DNA from: an uncultured Candidatus Saccharibacteria bacterium
GTDB lineage: Bacteria; Patescibacteriota; Minisyncoccia; Phycocordibacterales; UBA9973
Direction: 5' to 3'
Assembly (NCBI GenBank): GCA_964532495.1
Contig: CAZHJZ010000002.1
Coordinates: 79,501-143,500, forward strand
DNA: 64,000 nucleotides
Made by a program: the position numbers and the translations under genes
Notes under the pieces: generated by a model
Database searches by the model: none
What the model saw: only the letters and a program-made list of their open reading frames with translations
What the model was told of the DNA's origin: nothing
In this document: piece by piece, positions 1 to 9,658 of the stretch
Position numbering within the stretch: the first letter of the stretch is position 1
Layout: each line of letters starts with the position of its first letter

Positions 1-183
1 GATTGCGCGGACTAAGTACTCGCGACCCCGCCTCGCCTGTCGCAGAGCGACATGGCTGCGGCTATCACAATCGCGGCTCCGAGCAAAGCAGTTTGCTCGG
101 AGCCGTCTCTGTGATCCCACGGAGAGTCGAACTCCGGTTAACGGATTGAAAACCCGCTGTCCTAACCACTAGACGATGGGACC
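1..183 (-). repeat. Inverted repeat copy A: tRNA-Glu plus ~110-nt conserved 3' trailer; reverse complement is ~99% identical to 33894-34076 and may extend past the window edge
   Basis: Direct comparison: rc(1-183) matches 33894-34076 with only 2 visible mismatches, one being the anticodon wobble base. The trailer contains a 13-bp stem ggctccgagcaaa/tttgctcggagcc. Confidence 0.8.
112..183 (-). tRNA. tRNA-Glu (anticodon TTC)
   Basis: rc gives GGTCCCATCGTCTAGTGGTTAGGACAGCGGGTTTTCAATCCGTTAACCGGAGTTCGACTCTCCGTGGGATCA. 7-bp acceptor stem, D arm with AGTGGTTAG, anticodon loop TTTTCAA, T-arm GGAGTTCGACTCTCC. Confidence 0.8.
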
Positions 184-246
184 ATTTGAACGCGAATACT
201 ATAGCAGAAAAGTTAGTTTTTTTCAAGTTTTAGCGTCTTCTGGTGT

Positions 247-1086
247 TTGACTATATCGTTTAAATTATATATAACAAGAAAAAACTATACTATGAAAACA
301 AACAACTTGGATGAATACGCTTTCCGTGAAATTTACTCTATTTTAGACGAGATTTGCATAACCGAACAAAATACAGATTTAGACGGCATGGCGAAATCAA
401 TCGGAACGACACCACTGCTTTTGCGCCTGACACTTGATGTTTGGGACACTATTCCCAAAACTCCTGGTGTAGGCACATACGAACAAGGCTTGGAAATATA
501 CAAAACATTAGCAGGAAATCAATATAGCGAAGAAAAAATCATATGCGTTTTAACAATTCTAAATATTGTTGAAAAAGCGGATGAAATTGAATCCATCTTC
601 AGCTTTCCTGAAATACGCGATGGGACGATCCTGCATGAAATTGTTTTAAAGAAGTTCTTGCGCTCAAGCAGCGATTTCTTAAAAATTTTGCGTCGGTACC
701 AAATCTACGTTTCAAGCAATACAAGCAAAGAGCATCACCCGATAACGCGCATCGGCCAGCTCTATAGAATTGCCCTGACAAATTTATTCTTGCACGATAT
801 GGATGGAACATTTAAAACGATTGTTTTTAACGCAAACAAGCTTCGCCAACAATTTGACGATGATGATGAGCCCTATATTGACGGTGATTTCGCAAAAGCA
901 ACCATACAAGATTTTTTTATTTCGAATAACGAAATCGAGGTGCTATCCGACTACATGGATACTATATGGCCAAAAAATATGAAGGACCTCGATATATTTG
1001 CTTATTATCTTAAAGTACAAGGAACTCGGCTTGAATTTTCTGCTTTAGACAAGGTAGCTGAAAAATTTAGCCGTATTACGATGTAG
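247..1086 (+). CDS. hypothetical protein (AT-rich; possible alternative start at 292, MKTNNL)
   Basis: Uninterrupted 279-aa ORF with no recognisable motifs. Confidence 0.45.
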   Translation: MTISFKLYITRKNYTMKTNNLDEYAFREIYSILDEICITEQNTDLDGMAKSIGTTPLLLRLTLDVWDTIPKTPGVGTYEQGLEIYKTLAGNQYSEEKIICVLTILNIVEKADEIESIFSFPEIRDGTILHEIVLKKFLRSSSDFLKILRRYQIYVSSNTSKEHHPITRIGQLYRIALTNLFLHDMDGTFKTIVFNANKLRQQFDDDDEPYIDGDFAKATIQDFFISNNEIEVLSDYMDTIWPKNMKDLDIFAYYLKVQGTRLEFSALDKVAEKFSRITM

Positions 1087-1194
1087 TAGATATTAGCATT
1101 AGTGATTAATATATAACCGCAGTTTCGATTACACGAAACTGCGGTTTTCTTTATATTAGTGCTGAAACATGATATTATGCCAACGTTTAATCAT

Positions 1195-1281
1195 GGAAGA
1201 GTGCGTGAGTGGTTGAAACGAACGGTTTCGAAAACCGTCATGGGGTCAAACCCATCGAGAGTTCGAATCTCTCCTCTTCCG
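1195..1281 (+). tRNA. tRNA-Ser (anticodon CGA), long variable arm
   Basis: Acceptor GGAAGAG/CTCTTCC, anticodon stem ACGGT/ACCGT with loop TTCGAAA, long variable arm catggggtcaaacccatc, T-arm GAGAGTTCGAATCTCTC. Confidence 0.8.
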
Positions 1282-1323
1282 CAAAAAAAATGCCGCCTGG
1301 GGTGACCCAGGAGGCGGTAACTA

Positions 1324-1956
1324 TTATCTATTTCCATGTAATTTAAGTGCCCGTATTTCGGGTATTATTTTTACTCTTTGTTTCTTAATTTTTGTTTTTT
1401 GTATATTCACGCGATCATCATCTAAAAAATGACGCATCCTACACTCAGGTCGTGTATAAATACAGTCATCTATAAATGCCTGATATGGGTATAAGTAAAT
1501 TGGCCAAATTGTAGTAGTCCACTCATATACCTTGCCTGGGAGATAGTGCAGGTTTTTGGGTAGAACTTCTTTATCATTTGCAAGTTTTACAATATCAACA
1601 TCCCATGATTCATATTCTGAAAACTGCTTTTCAAAAAAATCTATGAAGAATTGAAATCTATTACTTTCTACCATTACAATTGCACATATCCTTTTATCTT
1701 CTTCTTCAATTTCTAGTAAGGAAGAGAGATCCTCAAGAACACCTACACAAAGATCTTCTTCTGTAGGGCATTCGTCTAACGGGTAATCTTCAAGGTTAAA
1801 GCAAAGCGGCAGTGGGTAAAACGGAACATCAGTTAATTTTGCAGCCTTCTTTTGGCTTAAATAAAAGAATTCCTCTAATGGCGCCCGTGTGCCGAAATTT
1901 TCTATATACTGTTCATCCATTATCAGATGGGTAATTATCAAGGTATGTTTCTTCAT
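1324..1956 (-). CDS. hypothetical acidic protein
   Basis: 210-aa ORF, no conserved motif recognised. Confidence 0.45.
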   Translation of the reverse strand: MKKHTLIITHLIMDEQYIENFGTRAPLEEFFYLSQKKAAKLTDVPFYPLPLCFNLEDYPLDECPTEEDLCVGVLEDLSSLLEIEEEDKRICAIVMVESNRFQFFIDFFEKQFSEYESWDVDIVKLANDKEVLPKNLHYLPGKVYEWTTTIWPIYLYPYQAFIDDCIYTRPECRMRHFLDDDRVNIQKTKIKKQRVKIIPEIRALKLHGNR

Positions 1957-2048
1957 AAGTAACGCTTTTTCTTAACAATATACCTCAGCCAGCAAAACAC
2001 AAGCCTCTTGAAAAAAACCTTTAAATAGTGTATCTTGTTCTGGTATTT

Positions 2049-2121
2049 GCGCGGTTAGCTCAGTTGGTAGAGCGACCCCTTGACGTGGGGTAGGTCAGAG
2101 GTTCGACTCCTCTATCGCGCA
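2049..2121 (+). tRNA. tRNA-Val (anticodon GAC)
   Basis: GCGCGGTTAGCTCAGTTGGTAGAGCGACCCCTTGACGTGGGGTAGGTCAGAGGTTCGACTCCTCTATCGCGCA. Anticodon stem ACCCC/GGGGT with loop TTGACGT. Confidence 0.8.
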
Positions 2122-2189
2122 CTTTTATAAAAAAAAAATAGCCATGCTAATGAAAGCCCGGCCATTCAAATTTACATATAAATAATTAA

Positions 2190-2762
2190 CTAAAGGAAAA
2201 ATAACGGGCATACGCACACCCATGCAAAAGCGCAGAAATAACAAACTGTTGCCAGCTTCTCTCTCATTACTATTACATTTGTGGTAATTTTGGTTTCCCA
2301 CTCGGAACTAATTATTACCTGAAGGTAACTTCCAATCGAAGGATAAAATTTTAGATAATAGTCAATCCGGGACTCACCATTTCCACGTTTATTCGCTTCA
2401 TCAACCAAGCTCTGATAGTAAGTTTTTTTACTGGTATACTCCGAATTTTCAACCCTCTTCATAATTGCGTAGTAGTTTCTATAAGGGTATAAAGTATTTA
2501 TAACCTCACGGAAGATAGGTTTACCACTCTTTAGCCACTCTTTTTCAAATTGCTTCGCGTCAAAAAAGTACCTTGTTTTTGTTATCCTGAATTTCTCTGT
2601 AATGGTTTCTGTTGTTTCAGCGGGAAGCGCAAGGCCTAAGCCCACAAAAAGTAGAACCCCAAAGGCGGTAACCACCGGCATAGGATTCTTGATTTCAGAG
2701 TGATAGTAAACAGTAAAAGCGGCGGTTGTTGCAATAATGATTGCGATGATTATTTTTTTCAT
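2190..2762 (-). CDS. hypothetical exported/membrane protein (N-terminal signal/TM, C-terminal hydrophobic segment)
   Basis: N-terminus MKKIIIAIIIATTAAFTVYY; C-terminal Cys-rich hydrophobic tail. Confidence 0.45.
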   Translation of the reverse strand: MKKIIIAIIIATTAAFTVYYHSEIKNPMPVVTAFGVLLFVGLGLALPAETTETITEKFRITKTRYFFDAKQFEKEWLKSGKPIFREVINTLYPYRNYYAIMKRVENSEYTSKKTYYQSLVDEANKRGNGESRIDYYLKFYPSIGSYLQVIISSEWETKITTNVIVMREKLATVCYFCAFAWVCVCPLFFL

Positions 2763-2968
2763 ATTATGTTTGGTTTACCAAAAACGACGGAATCGACTTT
2801 GGTAAACCAAACACCTTTTTCAAAGAAACAAACATTGGTAGTACTATAGCATAAAATCATGATAAAGTCAAGTAAAATATACCTTACTAATTAAAGGCTA
2901 TTTACCCTATTCTTCTTATTTCCCTATCAATCCCCTTAAATCTATAAGTAAAATGTTATTATCAAACT

Positions 2969-3532
2969 ATGAAATCTGAAACAGGGCCTACTGCAATAAT
3001 TATTTACGGAGCAATTGCTGTCGGAAAACTAACAATTGGCACCCTACTTGCAAAGAAACTTCAATACAAGCTTACTCATAATCATCTTATTAATGACCTT
3101 GTATGGAGCATTTTTGAACGAGGCACCCCAGAGTCTTCACCACTGATCGAAAAGCTCCGGTATGATTTATACGAGAGAGCTATCAAAGCCGGACAGAGTA
3201 TCATCATTACTCATACATATGCACACGACTATGTTTCAAAGACTGGCTTGTCAGACCCGCAATACCTTATAACACTTGAGAAGAAGCTACAAAAAGCGGG
3301 GGCAAAAGTTTTATTTGTTCACTTAGTGACTGACAACAAGACATTGCTACAACGAGTTACAGGGGAATCTAGAAAAAAACACATGAAAGTTACAAGCAAA
3401 AAAACTCTCAAAGAAGTACTCGCGATTCGAGATTTCACCACATCTGCTCCTGTAAAAAATAATCTAGTAATCGACAATACAAATGAAGAGCCCGATAAAG
3501 TAGTTAAGATCATAATCAATCATCTTAAATAG
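2969..3532 (+). CDS. P-loop NTPase / predicted kinase (AAA_33-like)
   Basis: Walker A motif IYGAIAVGKLT near the N-terminus; ~187 aa, typical of small nucleotide/antibiotic kinase-like ATPases. Confidence 0.55.
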   Translation: MKSETGPTAIIIYGAIAVGKLTIGTLLAKKLQYKLTHNHLINDLVWSIFERGTPESSPLIEKLRYDLYERAIKAGQSIIITHTYAHDYVSKTGLSDPQYLITLEKKLQKAGAKVLFVHLVTDNKTLLQRVTGESRKKHMKVTSKKTLKEVLAIRDFTTSAPVKNNLVIDNTNEEPDKVVKIIINHLK

Positions 3533-3556
3533 ACTCAATATAATAGTAATTTTTTT

Positions 3557-4990
3557 ATGCATTCCACTTCAAACAAAAAATGGCTCACCCTCGCAATTCT
3601 CTGTCTCGGTGCTCTCATGATAGTGCTTGATACAACCATCGTTAACGTCGCTCTTCCTTCTATCAAAGCAAGCCTCGGCTTTTCTGATACCTCGCTCGCC
3701 TGGATCGTGAACGCATACATGCTGACATTTGGCGGATTTCTGCTTCTTGGCGGACGTCTCGGTGATATTTTTGGGCAGCGAAAGTTCTTTTTGATCGGCA
3801 TTGGGATTTTTAGTGCTGCTTCCCTTCTCTGCGGGCTAGCTCACACACAACTCTTTCTAATCATTGCCCGAGCCATCCAGGGACTGGGCGGAGCACTCGT
3901 TGCCTCAATTGCCCTATCTCTTATCATGAATCTTTTTACTGAACCGGCAGAAAGAGCGAAAGCAATGGGAGTGTACGGTTTCGTCTCTGCTGGCGGCGGA
4001 TCTATTGGCGTTCTACTCGGTGGCATCATCACCAGCACACTCAGTTGGAATTGGATCTTCTTGGTAAATATTCCTGTTGGGATCGCTGTTGCCATCCTCT
4101 GTCTCGTACTGCTTCCTGAATACAAAGACAATCAGCAAAAGCATCGCCTCGATATTGCAGGTGCAGTCACTGTAACTTCAGCATTGTTGCTCGCTGTGTA
4201 TGCGATCATCAATGGAAACGTCGTGGGCTGGCTTTCAACACAAACACTACTCATGCTTGGCGCATCAGTAATTCTCTTTGGTATTTTCATTTTTGTTGAA
4301 TCAAAAGTGCACTCGCCGCTCATGCCGCTTCACTTGTTCAAAAAGAAAACGATCGCTGCATCAAATGTGATCGCCATGCTCTGGGCTGCGGCAATGTTCT
4401 CATGGTTCTTCCTTTCAGCATTATACCTGCAACTCGTACTCGGTTATGATCCCCTTCATGTCGGACTTTCATTCCTTCCAGGCAATACAATCATGGCGCT
4501 ACTCTCACTGGGCATTTCAGCAAAGATTGTTATTAAGTTTGGCATCCAGCGCCCACTTGCAGTTGGAATGGGGCTAGTAGCCGTTGGTTTACTGCTCCTC
4601 TCTCGCGCACCAGTCGGTGGTGAATATTTTATTCATGTATTCCCAAGCATGGTATTGCTCGGTATTGGCGGCGGTATAGCTTTCAACCCGCTCTTGCTTG
4701 CAGCAATGAGCGAAGTAACTCCGCATGAGTCTGGACTTGTATCTGGAATGATCAACACTGCCTTCATGATGGGCGGACCGCTCGGACTTGCATTGCTTGC
4801 AAGCGTTGCGGATTCACGAACTCATCATGCAATGGCTGTCGGCATGAACCATCTCGCGTCCCTCGTCAGCGGCTACCATGCTTCATTCATTGTTGGTACA
4901 TGCTTCGCTGTTCTTGCTGCCATTCTCGCGCTGGCTTTCTTGCCAACGTACTCTGACGCGCCTGCAAATGCTTCGCACGGGATGATGTAA
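3557..4990 (+). CDS. MFS transporter, DHA2 (EmrB/QacA) drug:H+ antiporter family
   Basis: 14 predicted TM helices. Canonical MFS/DHA2 motifs GGRLGDIFGQRK and LDTTIVNVALPSI. Confidence 0.9.
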   Translation: MHSTSNKKWLTLAILCLGALMIVLDTTIVNVALPSIKASLGFSDTSLAWIVNAYMLTFGGFLLLGGRLGDIFGQRKFFLIGIGIFSAASLLCGLAHTQLFLIIARAIQGLGGALVASIALSLIMNLFTEPAERAKAMGVYGFVSAGGGSIGVLLGGIITSTLSWNWIFLVNIPVGIAVAILCLVLLPEYKDNQQKHRLDIAGAVTVTSALLLAVYAIINGNVVGWLSTQTLLMLGASVILFGIFIFVESKVHSPLMPLHLFKKKTIAASNVIAMLWAAAMFSWFFLSALYLQLVLGYDPLHVGLSFLPGNTIMALLSLGISAKIVIKFGIQRPLAVGMGLVAVGLLLLSRAPVGGEYFIHVFPSMVLLGIGGGIAFNPLLLAAMSEVTPHESGLVSGMINTAFMMGGPLGLALLASVADSRTHHAMAVGMNHLASLVSGYHASFIVGTCFAVLAAILALAFLPTYSDAPANASHGMM

Positions 4991-5070
4991 TAAAAAAACC
5001 GCCCCAAAAAGGAACGGCTGTATAAATTTCTGTAATTACAATTGTATGTAATTAACTTTCTAGCACGTTG

Positions 5071-5751
5071 TTAGTTTCGATTGTACATTGTTTCCAAAAA
5101 TGTATCTTTGCATGAATTGTAAAGAATAAAATTCCTTACTGCATTATCGAGCGGCAGAGTAGTTTCTACTCTCCGATTCGGACAATCGCATTTGTACTGG
5201 AAAATTTCCGGGTGAACTTTTCCGTACAAATATACCTGAGAGCTCCATGCTTCTTGTTCGTCCTGATACGCGTATTGAACAGAATTAGTAATACCTCTGG
5301 TTAACCGCCCGTTTTCTTGTAAGGCATGAATGAACTCATGTATTAGAATACAAGCCTGAGCATCCAAATCCTGGGTAATTGAATCCAAGTCTTCATTTAC
5401 CAAAATAACTATATGCCGGGTTTTCTGCATCGTCTCGGTATCAAATTGAAACGCAGTTTTTTGAGTAACGGTATTTTTATTCTTATGCAATTTTGCATCA
5501 GGGGCAATCAGCAGGGCAAATTGTTTTTGGTTAGAATAGCTAGCTTTTCCATCCTTATCGGATTGCACTACTATCATTTGCGATAATCCATCGATTATCA
5601 GCTTTTTAGAATTAGCATCAGGAATATAATCACACAGCTGTGCAGCGCGATCAATGATTTGTTGCCCTTTAGTAATACTCATCGTACCATGTGATTGCTT
5701 GCAGCCTGCAAATAAAAGAAGTGCGAAGCAAAGGATTAGATTGTTTTTCAT
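5071..5751 (-). CDS. putative lipoprotein with HExxH zinc-metallopeptidase motif
   Basis: Lipobox LLFAGC after the signal peptide; motif ILIHEFIHAL (HExxH). Confidence 0.5.
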   Translation of the reverse strand: MKNNLILCFALLLFAGCKQSHGTMSITKGQQIIDRAAQLCDYIPDANSKKLIIDGLSQMIVVQSDKDGKASYSNQKQFALLIAPDAKLHKNKNTVTQKTAFQFDTETMQKTRHIVILVNEDLDSITQDLDAQACILIHEFIHALQENGRLTRGITNSVQYAYQDEQEAWSSQVYLYGKVHPEIFQYKCDCPNRRVETTLPLDNAVRNFILYNSCKDTFLETMYNRN

Positions 5752-5875
5752 TTTAAAGAACGGGGTTTTAATTAAGAAATGACCAAATAGTCTCTAGGAA
5801 ACTGCTTGGTCATTTCTTAACATGATTAATATAACATTTATTTATCTTCTTGTCAAAAGTAGTAAAATATAGTTT

Positions 5876-5903
5876 TTGACATTTCTAAGATTAATGCTAT
5901 GGT
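5876..5903 (+). promoter_or_regulatory. candidate sigma70-like promoter (TTGACA-N16-TATGGT) upstream of the 6042 ORF
   Basis: Perfect -35 hexamer and 4/6 -10 match, read directly from the sequence. Confidence 0.3.
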
Positions 5904-6041
5904 ATGCAAAGTCTGTTTCCTTGAAATAGTTAAAGAAAAACAAAGCACTTCATCTTTGTGAAATGCTTTGTTTTTCTTTAACAATAAACAAGTCCCCGTA
6001 AAATAGCTTTAACCAACAGGCAAAGATAGCGAGGCAGCACC

Positions 6042-6497
6042 ATGGCAAAAACAGCCACCATTTTCCAATTCTCTGCATTCTTTACTGTGTTGCATACCCT
6101 TTTACTTGGGTTAGTTACAAACAAAAATACTAAAATTTGTGAAATTGACGGAGACAGAATTCAGGAAATAATAGACCGTGAAAACAAAGGTGACTTTATT
6201 GATGAACTAATCAAATTCATCAATAACAGCGGCCGAGTACAGAGACCTACTGTTAAGCTTAGATCTGCAAAAGTTCTAACCATTGCCGACTACCAGGAAG
6301 CCGCTAAGATTATTGAACAGGACGGAACTAGTGGTATTGAAACCGCAGCAAAAATTGTAGGCTGGGATATAGCCATGGCGCTCCTTATTTCTTCTTTAAG
6401 AATACAATGCGGATCCACCACTTCCTTTCCTGCACCGGAAGATCTTGAAAATAAAGTTAACAAAATACTAGACGAAGAAAACTTAGGATTACAATAA
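6042..6497 (+). CDS. hypothetical protein
   Basis: 151-aa ORF followed by two intrinsic terminator hairpins (6524-6552, 6561-6602). Confidence 0.45.
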   Translation: MAKTATIFQFSAFFTVLHTLLLGLVTNKNTKICEIDGDRIQEIIDRENKGDFIDELIKFINNSGRVQRPTVKLRSAKVLTIADYQEAAKIIEQDGTSGIETAAKIVGWDIAMALLISSLRIQCGSTTSFPAPEDLENKVNKILDEENLGLQ

Positions 6498-6560
6498 ACA
6501 AATATAGTTACATTACTGCTCAAAAGAAGGTCTTACGGCCTTCCTTTTTTATTATTTAAT

Positions 6561-6602
6561 AAAAAAATACCTTGCTGTTTGGCAGCAAGGTATCGTATTT
6601 TT
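6561..6602. terminator. bidirectional rho-independent terminator (stem CCTTGCTG/CAGCAAGG flanked by A-run and T-run)
   Basis: Perfect 8-bp stem with tttg loop. Sits between the convergent genes 6042-6497 (+) and pepE (-). Confidence 0.6.
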
Positions 6603-6616
6603 AGCACTATACTATT

Positions 6617-7369
6617 TTAACTAAAAAGTAATGATAACTCATTCACATCCCTTAAGCCTGTATTTGTAAAAATACCAGCATTTTTAGGACCTAATAGATT
6701 AATCTCACCTTCTCTTATCTCAATGCCTGAACCGTTTCGCAAACATAAAACCTTAGATTCAGGGTTTATGCCGCAATATTCGGATAAGCGCTCACTACGT
6801 GTCTCCCCTAAAGGATTCACATCTTTGCCCTCATCTGGAAAATGCGGGTTCAACTGAAATGGAACTAAATTAAGCCCATCGAAAGAATCTGGCTTAATAA
6901 TAGGCATATCATTAGTAGTGCATATTGTCTTGCCAGCAACGTTGGCCCCAGCACTCCATCCAATATATGGCAATCCATCTAGTACCTTTTGGCGTAATAC
7001 CTGCAATAGTTGAAACTTAATCAACGTATCTAAAAGAAAGAAGGTATTACCACCAGTTACGAATACTGCGTCAGATACACCGATTGCCTGATGCGCTTTT
7101 TCGGGTTTAAGAATAGGCATAATAACCTTAAGTCCTAATGAAGAAAATACCGGAGAGAGTTTTTCATAAATTGCGTCAAATGCATGATCTTTGCCAACTT
7201 TTCCTGCAAATTGCGGGTAAGCTGCATACGCAAGTAATGCAATAGTAGTTACTTTATTCCTCTTAATCAAGGGCTGGATCCACGGCATTGCATGTTCCAA
7301 AAATCCCATATCTTTGTTTACTGAATTGCTAAGCAGCAGTGCTTGTACTTTTTCGTCTATTTTGCTCAT
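6617..7369 (-). CDS. pepE: dipeptidase E (alpha-aspartyl dipeptidase, peptidase S51)
   Basis: Motifs GGNTF, YIGWSAGANVAG, TTNDMPI and QLNPHF align with E. coli PepE. Confidence 0.85.
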   Translation of the reverse strand: MSKIDEKVQALLLSNSVNKDMGFLEHAMPWIQPLIKRNKVTTIALLAYAAYPQFAGKVGKDHAFDAIYEKLSPVFSSLGLKVIMPILKPEKAHQAIGVSDAVFVTGGNTFFLLDTLIKFQLLQVLRQKVLDGLPYIGWSAGANVAGKTICTTNDMPIIKPDSFDGLNLVPFQLNPHFPDEGKDVNPLGETRSERLSEYCGINPESKVLCLRNGSGIEIREGEINLLGPKNAGIFTNTGLRDVNELSLLFS

Positions 7370-7401
7370 ACGTGTAACGTTTTGGTGGTTTAATTTATTT
7401 T

Positions 7402-7857
7402 TTATACTTTATTTTCTCTCTGTTGTTCAATATTGAATTTTCCTTGTTTATCAAACATTGTCTCATACGCAGCAAAGCGGATTTTAAGCAATTCAACTTC
7501 TTCAGTATTAATTTCTACGTTATGTATCACTTTGGCGTACAAAATAAAATACTGCTGATTAGTGCGTTTTAATTCTCTGTTATTATCATGCAGAAGTTTG
7601 CTAGCTCTCGTCATAAACCAAGAAGAATTCATATCTTTTTGCTCAGTCACTTCTTTTTGGAATGTGAGCAACTGATCTAATGCATTCTTGGTTTTAAGGC
7701 ATAATTCCAAAACTCCAAAACTTGCTTCTCCTCCTGGCGGAATAATCCACTTTTCATTAGTTGGCGAAGGTATTTGGTTTTCAACAAATACGTACTTAAA
7801 AGCGAATGGGCAGTTCGTATGCGCCCAATCGATAAACGATTGCAGATTCGGTTTCAT
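7402..7857 (-). CDS. hypothetical protein
   Basis: 151-aa ORF, no recognisable domain. Confidence 0.4.
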   Translation of the reverse strand: MKPNLQSFIDWAHTNCPFAFKYVFVENQIPSPTNEKWIIPPGGEASFGVLELCLKTKNALDQLLTFQKEVTEQKDMNSSWFMTRASKLLHDNNRELKRTNQQYFILYAKVIHNVEINTEEVELLKIRFAAYETMFDKQGKFNIEQQRENKV

Positions 7858-7985
7858 TAGTTCTTTATATTTAGATAAAATGAGTTTAATTGTTTTGCCA
7901 AACTATACCAAATATTTCCATTTCGTCAATGATACTGACTCCGGAGTTTCAAAATCTCATATCTTTGCTACAATACCCACATCAT

Positions 7986-8621
7986 ATGAAAAAAGAAAAA
8001 CTTAACTTTCACATTATCTTGCTCGGGCAAATCGCATCAGGCAAAGATACGCAAGCAAAATTCCTTATGGATAAATACTCTCTCCAGCCCGTACTCTCTG
8101 GTGAGTTTTCTCGCAACCTGATCAAAGCCAAAGGTCCGGACGGAGATTGGGCGCGACGAACGATCGGCAAAGGCCTTGCCTGCCCCGTTCCTCTCATGAA
8201 AAAATTCTTGATCTCACAGATCAATGAAAAACCAAAGAACAAAGATTTGATCTTTGTCGGTAACCCTCGTTTAAAGCCAGAAGCACAGATGCTCAAGAAA
8301 CTCTTTACAGAAGCTAAACAGGATTTTATTGCTTTTTATATCACTCTTCCTGATAAGCAGGTTTATGACCGTTCACTCAGCCGCCAACAAGGTGACGCTC
8401 GTGAAATTCTCAAAGTATTGGATGATAAAAAGTTAATTGCAAAACGAATTGCTTGGCATAAAGACCAAGTTTCCAAGTCAGTCGCTTATTTTGAGACACT
8501 TGGCAAGATGAAAAAGATTAACGGCAATCGTCCGATTGAGGCTGTCGCAAAAGAAATTGAAGCTACGATTCAGACCCACATCAAGAAATCAGCAGCGAAG
8601 AAAGTTACGAAACAAAAATAG
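7986..8621 (+). CDS. adenylate kinase-family nucleoside monophosphate kinase (start chosen at internal MKKEKL)
   Basis: P-loop ILLGQIASGKDTQA (adk-like GxxxxGKxTQ); lysine-rich C-terminal tail. Confidence 0.55.
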   Translation: MKKEKLNFHIILLGQIASGKDTQAKFLMDKYSLQPVLSGEFSRNLIKAKGPDGDWARRTIGKGLACPVPLMKKFLISQINEKPKNKDLIFVGNPRLKPEAQMLKKLFTEAKQDFIAFYITLPDKQVYDRSLSRQQGDAREILKVLDDKKLIAKRIAWHKDQVSKSVAYFETLGKMKKINGNRPIEAVAKEIEATIQTHIKKSAAKKVTKQK

Positions 8622-9621
8622 GTTCTGGCTCAATTGTTACTCCATACGCTTCCTTAACCTTGTTCTGGATATCCAGAACAAGGTTTTGTAATTCAGTAGG
8701 GGTTGCGCCGCCTTTGTTGACGATCACCATAGCATTCCCTGGATAGAGCATGAGGTTGCCGAACTCTTGGCCTTTCAAACCGAGCGAATCGATCATCCAG
8801 CCTGCGCCAACTTTTGAAGTTGTTTCAGTAACGGGAAAGATCACTGCTTTTTCAAATTTAGATTTAAGCGCGTTCGCAGCCTCAGTAGAAATAAACGGAT
8901 TTTTGAAAAATGAACCGACTGAAGCGATTTCTTTTGGATCAGGAAGTTTGGATTTGCGGATTTCGATGATGGCATTTCGAATATCGAGCAGGGTTGGCTG
9001 AGCGATTCCCTGCTTTTCAAAATATGAGGCTACTCCTGGATAGTTAGGTGGGGTTGGTTGTGCCTTAGAAAGTTTGAAAGTTACTGAAACAATGACATAT
9101 CGTCCCTTTGCTTCTTGTTTGAAGATACTGTCGCGATAGGCAAATTTGCACTCACTATTAGAAAGAGTTACGAACGTATTGGTTGTAGTATCAAATGCTT
9201 CAAGCGAGTCGATGAGGTTTGCCACTTCCTGCCCATAAGCACCCACATTCTGTACTGGTGTGCCTCCCACGCTTCCTGGGATTGCTGAAAGAGCTTCCAT
9301 GCCTGAATAGCCAGCTTCTACTGTTCGCATTACAACGCTATCCCATTCTTCTCCAGCACCAAGCTTCAATAATTCATCTGAAATAAATTCATAGCCAGGA
9401 ATTGCGATCTGAATAACAACAGCATTCAATATTCCGGGTTCTGCAAAAATAGTATTCGATCCGCCGCCCAGTACGACAACAGGGAGGCCTTTTTCGCGAG
9501 CGAAAGTATAAGCTTCGAGCACATCTTCCTTAGCATTGATGCTGCAAAAGTACGCCGCCATGCCGCCCATGCGGAATGTGGATAACGAGGCAAGGGCCTT
9601 ATTTTGCTCGATTTGTATCAT
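8605..9621 (-). CDS. murB: UDP-N-acetylenolpyruvoylglucosamine reductase
   Basis: FAD-binding N-terminus LSTFRMGG...VLGGGSNT and MurB C-terminal domain. Confidence 0.9.
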   Translation of the reverse strand: MIQIEQNKALASLSTFRMGGMAAYFCSINAKEDVLEAYTFAREKGLPVVVLGGGSNTIFAEPGILNAVVIQIAIPGYEFISDELLKLGAGEEWDSVVMRTVEAGYSGMEALSAIPGSVGGTPVQNVGAYGQEVANLIDSLEAFDTTTNTFVTLSNSECKFAYRDSIFKQEAKGRYVIVSVTFKLSKAQPTPPNYPGVASYFEKQGIAQPTLLDIRNAIIEIRKSKLPDPKEIASVGSFFKNPFISTEAANALKSKFEKAVIFPVTETTSKVGAGWMIDSLGLKGQEFGNLMLYPGNAMVIVNKGGATPTELQNLVLDIQNKVKEAYGVTIEPEPIFVS

Positions 9622-9658
9622 ATTGCAATTATATCATATATGATATAAAATAGTAAAC

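Noticed and set aside
3557-4990. The MFS transporter gene looked GC-richer than its neighbours, suggesting HGT
   Set aside because: By eye its GC (~45-52%) matches other housekeeping genes in the window (murA, valS, uvrA). It is the flanking hypothetical ORFs that are unusually AT-rich, so the anomaly is theirs.
7688-8005. 105-aa plus-strand ORF overlapping the 7402-7857 ORF and the adk-like gene start
   Set aside because: It spans the promoter region of the kinase-like gene and overlaps a convergent ORF; no motif found. Likely spurious.
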